Shown: positions 21,080-28,406 of the stretch, in pieces | How positions within the stretch are numbered: position 1 is the first letter of the stretch | How the letters are laid out: each line of letters opens with the position of its first letter | Assembly: GCA_012031565.1 (NCBI GenBank) | Contig: JAAUUM010000001.1 | Location: 6,981 to 70,980, forward strand | Length of the DNA: 64,000 nucleotides | Source: Synechococcaceae cyanobacterium SM2_3_2 | Lineage (GTDB): Bacteria; Cyanobacteriota; Cyanobacteriia; Thermostichales; Thermostichaceae | Reading direction: 5' to 3' | Notes under the pieces: model-generated | Database searches by the model: none | Told to the model about the DNA's origin: nothing | The model's input: the letters and a program-made list of their open reading frames with translations, nothing else | Program-made: the position numbers and the translations under genes

Positions 21080-21580
21080 TTATTTGATGTGGATGGAGGA
21101 TCCCCCTTCTCCTAGATGGGCAAACGGTAGCCCTTGGCCTTGCTCTAATGCCTCGCGGATGGCTTCTTTGTCGGGCTTGACCAGTAGCTCTGTTTGGGTG
21201 TAGTTCTCTGGCAGATCGGCTGTGCCCGCAGTGATGATCAGGGGAGCTTTGCCGCCGTTCTTGGCCAGGGTGACTTTGTACCGGTCGGTTTCAAGGGTTT
21301 TGATGCCGTGGCTCTCGAAGTAGGTATGGAGTTTACCTTTCAGCCAGTCGGATTGATTTTGGTCGATGTCAGCTCGGCTTCTCAATCGTTGAGCTTCGTC
21401 TCGTCGCCATTGGGCACGGGCATTGAGTTTGTTGATGATGTGACAGTAGGCTTCGATTTTGCTTTCCCGCAGATAGGTGAAGCTGTCTAGGAGTTTTTCA
21501 GTTCAGTCATACTCTTCAGCTTCTAGCAGTTCCAGGATTTGGACTTTGAGATGATCCAGTTGTTCGAAGGTGAGACTCAT
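21080..21580 (-). pseudogene. Siphovirus Gp157-family protein with in-frame TGA
   Basis: ATG at 21580 gives MSLTFEQLDHLKVQILELLEAEEYD, then TGA, then TEKLLDSFTYLRESKIEAYCHIINKLNARAQWRRDEAQRLRSRADID... The C-terminus TDRYKVTLAKNGGKAPL...VKPDKEAIREALEQGQGLPFAHLGEGGSSIHIK matches the Gp157 family as I remember it. Confidence 0.6.
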
Positions 21581-21666
21581 GTGGGATCCTCTGGTGGATT
21601 GGTTTGTTGTAGTGGCATGAGGTGCATAAGAAAAGGATCCCCTGGTGAGAGGATCCCTGAGTGGAT

Positions 21667-21846
21667 TTAGGCTGCGGTGGCTTCCCGTTCTTGTCTGAGG
21701 CGTGTTGCCTCTGCTTTGCTGGTCAGAAGGCGGACATTTTCGGCCTTGATGTAGGTTTTCCAGCGCAGTTGTCCTTCGTACTCGTAGGACTCGATGTGGA
21801 CGGATCCCTGGGAAGCGACTTGGTGGCTTATGCGGATAAGAGCTGA
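21667..21846 (-). pseudogene. 3-prime fragment of a phage-like gene (possibly OB-fold/SSB-like), cut by the IS
   Basis: Open frame SALIRISHQVASQGSVHIESYEYEGQLRWKTYIKAENVRLLTSKAEATRLRQEREATAA begins abruptly at the IS boundary. The SSB-like call is weak. Confidence 0.3.
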
Positions 21847-22768
21847 CTTATAAAAAGAAGATCAATGTGCCAGTCGTTTCACCATCAAACGAATCAAAGA
21901 GCCGTAGATTATCGCTTCGTTCACCTCTGCATATAGCTCGTAATCCTTACTGAGCCGACGAAATCGATTCAGCCATCCGAAGGTTCGCTCCACTATCCAT
22001 CGCTTAGGCAAGCGTTCAAACCCTTTTGAGCTTCGCTCAATCACTTCTACTCTTACCTGCTCACCACACACTTGCTGAACAACATGAGCAAAGGTCTGGC
22101 CCGAATAGCCTTGGTCGACCCAAATCACCTCTAACTTCTTCAATTTCTCCACCGCCTCATCTAAGACAATAACGGCTCCTAAGCGTTCTGGAGCATTGGC
22201 TTCACTGACTAACACCCCAATCACCAATCCTTGGGAATCTACGACGATATGGCGTTTACGGCCTTTAACTTTCTTGCCACCGTCAAAGCCGTAGACCTCC
22301 CCCTTTTTTCCGTGGTCTTGACGGATTGAGAATCGGCAATGGCAACGGTGGAGTATTCATCTCGTGCTTGTCACTGACGCACCTGGGTTCGGGGTTGGTC
22401 ATGCATCTGCTGCCAAATCCCCCGTCATTGCCATTTCTGAAAGTAGTGATACACAGTTGAGTAAGGCGGTAGGTCATGGGGCAACATCTCCCACTGACAA
22501 CCACTGCGTTGAACGTAGAAGATGCCGTTGAGGATCTCTGTGAAATCCACCTCAATAGGATGTCCAAACCCTTTGGGTTCAGGCAGCAAGGGCTTTAGCC
22601 TGTCCCACTCCTGGTCACTTAAGTCGCTGGGATAGGGTTTGCGGTGGGGATGGGCAATAGCAGGTAGACGGCTCATAGGTTGACTTTGAACTGACCAAGA
22701 CTCAGCGTAGAACCGATGAAGGAATAGTGTTACCCTCCTTTAGATTATCTTCATAAATCAGCTCTAAG
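21837..22768 (-). mobile_element. IS5-family (IS427/IS1031-like) insertion sequence, transposase disrupted
   Basis: Imperfect terminal inverted repeats, TAAGAGCTGACTTAT at 21837-21851 versus the reverse complement TTAGAGCTGATTTAT ending at 22768. The N-terminal ORF 22425-22676 has YPSDLSDQEWDRLKPLLP...CQWEMLPHDLPPYSTVYHYFQKWQ. The DDE half 21862-22227 has RWIVERTFGWLNRFRRLSKDYE. The middle part has two in-frame TGA codons and a frame change at gaaaaaaggggg. Confidence 0.7.
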
Positions 22769-22769
22769 A

Positions 22770-22958
22770 CTAGCTGGGATTGACTTAATACCCATTAATG
22801 AGCAAATCGCTATCCAAGCTGTTGAGCTTTCTCCAATCCATAAAGACCCTTTTGATCGGCTGATTATTGCTACAGCTTTGTTTCATCAAGCCCGCCTTGC
22901 CAGTGTCGATGGTCTGTTTCAGCAATACCCTGAGCTGAGCACCCTTTTGATGCAGTGA
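22770..22958 (+). pseudogene. C-terminal fragment of a PIN-domain (VapC-type) toxin
   Basis: AGIDLIPINEQIAIQAVELSPIHKDPFDRLIIATALFHQARLASVDGLFQQYPELSTLLMQ; the HxDPFDR(L)I(I)A motif is typical of the VapC C-terminus. The N-terminus is missing at the IS boundary. Confidence 0.5.
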
Positions 22959-22983
22959 AGTGGATGGAATAATACTGCTGTAT

Positions 22984-23030
22984 AGAACAGGGATACCTAC
23001 TATCGTTGACAGGCTAGGTATCCCTGTTCT
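22984..23030. terminator. Perfect 16-bp inverted repeat hairpin between the PIN fragment and the integrase 3-prime end
   Basis: agaacagggataccta (22984-22999) pairs with taggtatccctgttct (23015-23030), 15-nt loop. It overlaps the integrase stop codon. It could equally be a recombination site. Confidence 0.45.
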
Positions 23031-24244
23031 CATGGGGCAATAGGCCGATGAGGATTGGCCATGATCAGCTTCATCATCTGCTTTTGGTGGTGCTCAGTGT
23101 ACCAGCGCCCATAAGACTGCTCGTGGATCTTGACACTGTGCCCCATCTGCTTGGCAGCAGATCCGACATCTAGCCCATAGGCTGAGGCCCTGCCAGCCCA
23201 AGCATGTCTGAGGTCATAGGGATGAAAGGGGATGCCATGCTCTTTGAACTTGCGGTTCAGGGGGGCACTGGGAACCTGGTTCCTTGTGGGCCTTGGTGTG
23301 GGGGCATCCTGCAAGCCCCATTGCTGGATCCACTCAGGATGCAAGGGCAGGATCCCAGTCCTAAATCCTGTCTTACCACCCAAAAGCCTCAACAGAGGGG
23401 GATCCGCTCTCAGGCTGTCCAGATCCACACTCCAGAACTCAGCGGTTCGCAAGCCATAGCAGGCCATGATTCCATAGACCGTGGCCCACTCGGGATCCCG
23501 CTCTTGCAGGATGTAGAACCATTGGGAGATCATCTCATCACTGGGCACATCTCGGGGGGCAGCTTTCTTATCTTTCCCTTTAGGCCGATAGACCGACAGA
23601 TTCACCTCCACCTCTGCGAACCGGGCCAGCAGCGCCAGGGCGTTGACAAACCGCTCTCGCACGCGGGATCCCGCCTTGGTCGTGATGGTCAGGGCAATCA
23701 TGGCCTCTGCACTGAGGGGATCCTGTTGGGGCAGGTCTCGATAAACCCTGAGATAGTCTCTACTCCATGTGCTGTGACTGGCTGGAGTGTCTGGGCGGGT
23801 GGATCGATAATGCTGCTCTAGCTTGGGGATCCACTCAGCGATGGTCTGTGGTGGTAGATCTGAGGGCTGAGGCTTGGCACGAATATGGTCATCCCAGCAA
23901 AAGGATTCATCGGCCACTTGAACCGAGATCTGCCTTGCCTTTTTCTCCACCGCTGGCAGATTGCCGATGTTGGCAGGGATCCCGGTGGATAGGGGCTGCT
24001 GCTTAGGGGGATGGTCTTTCCCTGGCTTGGCTGGCAGGATCCCACGTAGGTAGAAATTGCGGCGGCGGATCTCAATCTTCATCCTGATGTTGCCCGCCTT
24101 GAGACTACCGTTGGCTTGTCGTAATCGGGCATCAAGAGCAGCCGATGCAGCCTTGATGGGGATGACCTTAACAAGGGGGGGATCGGAGCGTTGGCTACTA
24201 TGTTGGCTATTTATTTGGCGTGATTTGGAGCTATTTGGAGACAT
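23030..24244 (-). CDS. Tyrosine-type site-specific recombinase/phage integrase
   Basis: 404 aa. C-terminal catalytic region with GLRTAEF (R), HPYDLRHAWAGRA (HxxR) and SVKIHEQSYGRWY (Y). It lies 73 nt from the tRNA-His 3-prime end. Confidence 0.85.
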   Translation of the reverse strand: MSPNSSKSRQINSQHSSQRSDPPLVKVIPIKAASAALDARLRQANGSLKAGNIRMKIEIRRRNFYLRGILPAKPGKDHPPKQQPLSTGIPANIGNLPAVEKKARQISVQVADESFCWDDHIRAKPQPSDLPPQTIAEWIPKLEQHYRSTRPDTPASHSTWSRDYLRVYRDLPQQDPLSAEAMIALTITTKAGSRVRERFVNALALLARFAEVEVNLSVYRPKGKDKKAAPRDVPSDEMISQWFYILQERDPEWATVYGIMACYGLRTAEFWSVDLDSLRADPPLLRLLGGKTGFRTGILPLHPEWIQQWGLQDAPTPRPTRNQVPSAPLNRKFKEHGIPFHPYDLRHAWAGRASAYGLDVGSAAKQMGHSVKIHEQSYGRWYTEHHQKQMMKLIMANPHRPIAP

Positions 24245-24317
24245 TTGGCGGGATCCAAAAGGGTGGATTGGCTCTGGAAGCCCGCTTGCTGTCAGGATTT
24301 AGCTTGATTTAACTGAG

Positions 24318-24391
24318 GGCGGACGATGGGGGTCGAACCCACGAATGGTGGAACCACAATCCACTGCCTTAACCACTTGGCTACGCCCGCC
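24318..24391 (-). tRNA. tRNA-His (anticodon GTG) with encoded G-1
   Basis: Reverse complement is G-GCGGGCG-TA-GCCAAGTGGTTAAGGCA-GTGGA-TTGTGGT-TCCAC-CATTC-GTGGGTTCGACCCCCAT-CGTCCGC-C. It folds as a cloverleaf with a GTG anticodon loop, a TTCGA T-loop, and an extra 5-prime G pairing with C73. CCA is not encoded. Confidence 0.9.
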
Positions 24392-24597
24392 ATGAGTTAT
24401 CCTAAGGTTCTTAATCCTACCTCAACATCTTCTTCTTTAGCTAGGGATCCCGATAAAAATCTTGTCTGAGCCGCAGTGAGAGATAGGATAACGGCTAAAG
24501 CACCCGAGCAGATAGTGGTAGCGTTCAAGAGCACAGCCAGGGTCAGCTTCTCCGCCAGCTCTTTACCCAACTGCTGATTTCCCGACCAGAGGTATCT

Positions 24598-27420
24598 ATG
24601 TATATTCCAGCATCAACTTATCGGATCCAATTCAACTCAGCCTTTCCCTTTGCATCAGCCCAAAGTATAGTCTCCTATTTGGCAGAGTTAGGTATTTCAG
24701 ATGTCTACGCATCCCCGATTTTTCAGTCTCGGGCCGGCAGCACACATGGTTACGATGTGGTGGATCCCGGCAGCATCAATCAAGAGCTGGGGGGAGAAGA
24801 AGGATTACGGCAGCTAGTGGATTCCTTACAAAAAAAATTAATGGGCTGGATCCAAGATATTGTTCCGAATCATATGGCTTACGATGGCCAAAACAAGATG
24901 TTGATGGATGTGCTAGAGAGTGGCCCAGACTCAGACTACTATGATTCATTTGATGTTAATTGGAATCATTCTTATCTCAACATTCAGGGTCGAATTTTAG
25001 CTCCTTTTCTGGGAGATTTTTATAATGTTTGTCTTGAACAAGGTCAAATTCAGCTCAAGTATGATGAATCTGGCCTCAGCATCAACTATTATAATCTCAA
25101 ATTACCTCTCAATATCAATACTTATTACCCTGTTTTTACCCATAACCTGAAAAAATTCAAGCAAAAGTTAAAGAAAGGGGATCCCGATTATATTCGCTTT
25201 TTAGCGGCACTCTATACCCTGCGCTCGATCCCCACCAAGGTTGATTTGCTGGAGCGCACTGACCAGATTGCTTTTGTCAAAGAGTTACTTTGGGAGCTGT
25301 ATAGTCACAGCACCGATATCCATCAGTTTGTGGATGAGACTATTGCCCAATTCAACGGGATCCCTGAGGATCCAGGGAGTTTTGATCTGTTAGACCGGCT
25401 GTTAACAGAACAGTATTTTAACCTGACTTTCTGGAAGGTGGGAGCTGAAGAAATTAACTATCGACGCTTCTTTACGATTAATGAGTTGATTTCTTTGCGA
25501 ATTGAAGATAGAGAGGTTTTTAAGAGAACTCACGAATTGATTTTTAGATTGATTGATCAAGGAATTTTTAGGGGGTTGAGAATCGATCATATAGATGGTC
25601 TCTATGATCCCGGTGAATATCTTGATCGACTCAGAGAAAAAGCCAAAGATGCTTATATCGTTGTGGAGAAGATCTTAGAAGCTGATGAGTCCTTGCGGCG
25701 TAACTGGCCTATCCAAGGGGCGACTGGCTATGAATCTCTGATTAAGATCAATGGCTTATTCTGTGATGGACGCCAAGAAGAAGAATTTACTTCCGTCTAC
25801 ACTAGCTTCTCGCGGCTGAGAGATGATTTTGAGAATGTGGCGGAAGCTAAAAAACGAGTCATCCTTGATCGCAACTTGGCTGGAGATGTAGATAATCTCT
25901 CTTATAATTTGAAGCAGATTGCCAGCCGCCATCGCTATGCCAATGACTTTACCCTCTATAGTCTGCGAAAAGCCCTGATTGAAGTGTTGGTGAGATTCCC
26001 TGTCTATCGAGTCTATGTCACGGGAAATGTTTTGAATGAACAGGAACAAGGATATGTCAATGTGGCCATTAGCCAATCTCTTGAAGCTATGCCCGACTTG
26101 GCCAATGAATTATACTTTATCCAAAAGTTATTGTTGTTAAATTATGATGAATCACTCAATGAAGACGAGCGCCAAGAATGGATTCATTTTGCTAGGCGGA
26201 CACAACAACTTTTTGGGCCACTGATGGCTAAAGGCGTTGAAGACACAGCTTTTTATGTCTATAATCGCCTAATGTCTCTCAACGAAGTGGGCGGGGATCC
26301 CGGTTGTTTTGGTACCTCGGTAGAGAGCTTTCATATCTTTAATCAGGATCGCGCTCTGCACTGGCCCCACACCCTGAATACCCTCGCCACTCATGATACC
26401 AAAAGAGGGGAGGATGCTCGGGCTCGCATTAGTATTTTGTCTGAAATACCTGAGGATTGGAAAGATTGTCTAGAGGAATGGCATGAGGCCAATCTCCATT
26501 TCAAAAAGAAAGTCCGACGGTGGGAATATCCTGCTCGCAATGATGAGTATTTGCTTTATCAAACTTTGATCGGCTCTATGCCATTCTTTAGTGGAGAAGA
26601 GCCTGACTATTATCATCGGGATTATCTCCAATTTATTCAGCGGGTGAAGGAATATCTGATCAAAGCCGTGAGGGAAGCAAAAGTCCACACAGCTTGGCTC
26701 AATAACAATATCGAGTACGAAGAGGCAGCCACTCAATTTGTAGAGCAAATTTTGTTGCCGAGCGATGACAATGACTTTTTGCCTTCTTTTGTGCCTTTCC
26801 AGAAACAGATTCAGCACCTCGGCATCTTTAATTCCCTTTCTCAAACCCTGTTGAAGTTGATGGTGCCAGGGATCCCCGATATTTACCAAGGCTCAGAATT
26901 TTGGGACTTGAGCATGGTGGATCCTGATAATCGTCGTCCGGTGGACTATGAGCAACGCAAGGTCTGTCTGCAAGTAATTCGAGCCGGATTAGAGCGGGAT
27001 CCCCAACCCCTGATCCAGCAACTGCTGGCCACCCGTCAGGATGGCCGCATCAAGCAGTTTGTGATTTATCTGGGCTTGCAAACCCGACGGCAGTACCCAG
27101 AGCTGTTTCAGTCTGGCGATTATCAACCTCTGCAAGTGGAAGGATCCCGGCAGGAGCATGTGGTGGCTTTCACCCGTACCTTCCAGGGACAAACGATCTT
27201 GGTGGCGGTGCCCCGACTGATCGCCACCTTGGTGGATGTTGGCAAGGATCCACTCGGGGCTGAGGTCTGGGGCGATACCCGACTGCGGTTGCCCCAAAAG
27301 ACCAAACGGACTTGGCGCAATCTCTTGACCCAAGCCACTCTGCCGAGCCAGGGATCCCTGTTGATGGCCGATCTGTTGGATCTGATGCCCTTGGGGCTAT
27401 TGATCTGTGACCACGACTGA
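24598..27420 (+). CDS. treY: Malto-oligosyltrehalose synthase
   Basis: 940 aa. N-terminus STYRIQFNSAFPFASAQSIVSYLAELGISDVYASPIFQSRAGSTHGYDVVDP, then LRIDHIDGL, and ATHDTKRGEDARARI, all typical of TreY. Confidence 0.9.
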   Translation: MYIPASTYRIQFNSAFPFASAQSIVSYLAELGISDVYASPIFQSRAGSTHGYDVVDPGSINQELGGEEGLRQLVDSLQKKLMGWIQDIVPNHMAYDGQNKMLMDVLESGPDSDYYDSFDVNWNHSYLNIQGRILAPFLGDFYNVCLEQGQIQLKYDESGLSINYYNLKLPLNINTYYPVFTHNLKKFKQKLKKGDPDYIRFLAALYTLRSIPTKVDLLERTDQIAFVKELLWELYSHSTDIHQFVDETIAQFNGIPEDPGSFDLLDRLLTEQYFNLTFWKVGAEEINYRRFFTINELISLRIEDREVFKRTHELIFRLIDQGIFRGLRIDHIDGLYDPGEYLDRLREKAKDAYIVVEKILEADESLRRNWPIQGATGYESLIKINGLFCDGRQEEEFTSVYTSFSRLRDDFENVAEAKKRVILDRNLAGDVDNLSYNLKQIASRHRYANDFTLYSLRKALIEVLVRFPVYRVYVTGNVLNEQEQGYVNVAISQSLEAMPDLANELYFIQKLLLLNYDESLNEDERQEWIHFARRTQQLFGPLMAKGVEDTAFYVYNRLMSLNEVGGDPGCFGTSVESFHIFNQDRALHWPHTLNTLATHDTKRGEDARARISILSEIPEDWKDCLEEWHEANLHFKKKVRRWEYPARNDEYLLYQTLIGSMPFFSGEEPDYYHRDYLQFIQRVKEYLIKAVREAKVHTAWLNNNIEYEEAATQFVEQILLPSDDNDFLPSFVPFQKQIQHLGIFNSLSQTLLKLMVPGIPDIYQGSEFWDLSMVDPDNRRPVDYEQRKVCLQVIRAGLERDPQPLIQQLLATRQDGRIKQFVIYLGLQTRRQYPELFQSGDYQPLQVEGSRQEHVVAFTRTFQGQTILVAVPRLIATLVDVGKDPLGAEVWGDTRLRLPQKTKRTWRNLLTQATLPSQGSLLMADLLDLMPLGLLICDHD

Positions 27421-27558
27421 GGGCTGCTGATTGTCTTGCTTTTGCTCCCTTGTCAGCTCTCTACCTTGGGGTTTTCAAGGGGGAATCTGGCTCTTGCTAT
27501 ATAGCTTGTGCATCCCTTGATAGCCTTTGTCTACCAACACTTCTATTTGCTCTTCAAG

Positions 27559-28081
27559 TCATGTCTTGCTTTCCTTGAAAACCCTAAAATCATGTCCTCT
27601 CCCTTTGCCAAAACTTGTGCCAATAATCTGCCCACTTCCCTGCTCAACTGTCACCTGTGCTTTTAGGGTGTGACACTTCTGGTAGTAATCCCGCTGTTTC
27701 TTTAGGCTGCTCAATCTCAACTTCAGTAACGTCGATAACAATCACCTCATATCCCGTTCCCCTCAGCCTCTTTTTGCCCGCTAGATGAAACTCTGGACAT
27801 CGAGCCAAAGGCTTTTCTACTTTGTGGACAATCCGGCAAACGGTTGATTCATGAACCCCTGCAACTTGGCCAATATGAAAGTAGGTACGGTACTCTCACC
27901 AATAACTCAGGCAGATCAGCAGCTGCTCAGCAACACTCAGCTTGTTTTGTCCCCCTCTGCGTCGTTGCCGGTGCAAGTGAGGGGTCAAGTAGGCAACCAT
28001 GTGCTCAAACGTTTCTCGCCGCACGCTTGTTAGACGCTTGAAGGCTGCTGGGGATAGTGATTGGACTTTGTCGTCGGTCAT
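27559..28081 (-). pseudogene. IS5-like (DDE_Tnp_4/Harbinger-type) transposase remnant, multiple stops, 3-prime truncated
   Basis: N-terminal HTH ORF 27896-28081 (LTSVRRETFEHMVAYL...GGQNKLSVAEQLLICLSYW). It continues out of frame (EYRTYFHIGQVAGVHESTVCRIV), then ORF 27559-27741 (KKQRDYYQKCHTLKAQVTVEQGSGQIIGTSFGKGRGHDFRVFKESK). The last third of the enzyme is absent. Confidence 0.65.
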
Positions 28082-28161
28082 AGCCTTATCCGCTAGGTTA
28101 CCTTGGTATCTCTCTTCTCTCTAATTCACGCAAGAGGTCTACTGTTAGAGTTAGACCGAGA

Positions 28162-28392
28162 CAAGCCGATCAGTGCAGTATCCCCAACCCTGGAAGTGAC
28201 CCGAGAATCGTCAGCAGTTGGGTACAACGATATCGCCAAGACGGATTGTAGATGCCGCACGATATACCCAGGTCGGGACGACGGATAGAAATTGACGGGC
28301 TGCACCATCCTGTGGTGAACTACCCAATGGTTAAAGCTGATTTTCCATTGTGGAGACTTGCGAGTTTAGGATGCAAAATCCTGAAAGGATAG
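28162..28392 (+). pseudogene. IS630-family transposase N-terminal (HTH) fragment with in-frame TAG
   Basis: The frame reads ...PRIVSSWVQRYRQDGL, TAG, MPHDIPRSGRRIEIDGLHHPVVNYPMVKADFPLWRLASLGCKILKG. The WVxRYRxxGL...PRSGR pattern is typical of IS630/Tc1 HTH regions. No DDE part follows. Confidence 0.5.
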
Positions 28393-28406
28393 TTCAAAAC
28401 TGAAGT

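Noticed and set aside
20373-24300. 10-nt match ctaaatcctg (20373) versus caggatttag (24291), considered as possible att sites of the integrative element.
   Set aside because: The two are inverted rather than direct, only 10 nt long, and expected by chance at appreciable frequency in 64 kb. No copy of the tRNA-His 3-prime end was found at the far side.
24400-24597. 57-codon TTG-initiated frame on the minus strand between tRNA-His and treY (…GKELAEKLTLAVLLNATTICSGALAVILSLTAAQ…), possibly the tail of a displaced core gene.
   Set aside because: It has no ATG, no recognisable family, and is too short to distinguish from chance. It is left unannotated.
28170-28305. A GC-rich, stem-rich segment just upstream of the dynamin-like gene (gtgcag...ctgcac, cccaac/gttggg, tacaa/ttgta). 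It first looked like a structured 5-prime UTR RNA or riboswitch, with faint resemblance to ykkC/guanidine-I elements (gacccgagaa, acgacggatagaaattgacggg).
   Set aside because: One reading frame through it translates to an IS630-type HTH fragment (…RIVSSWVQRYRQDGL-stop-MPHDIPRSGRRIEIDG…WRLASLG…). That explains the foreign composition. The riboswitch-like matches are short and in the wrong architecture.
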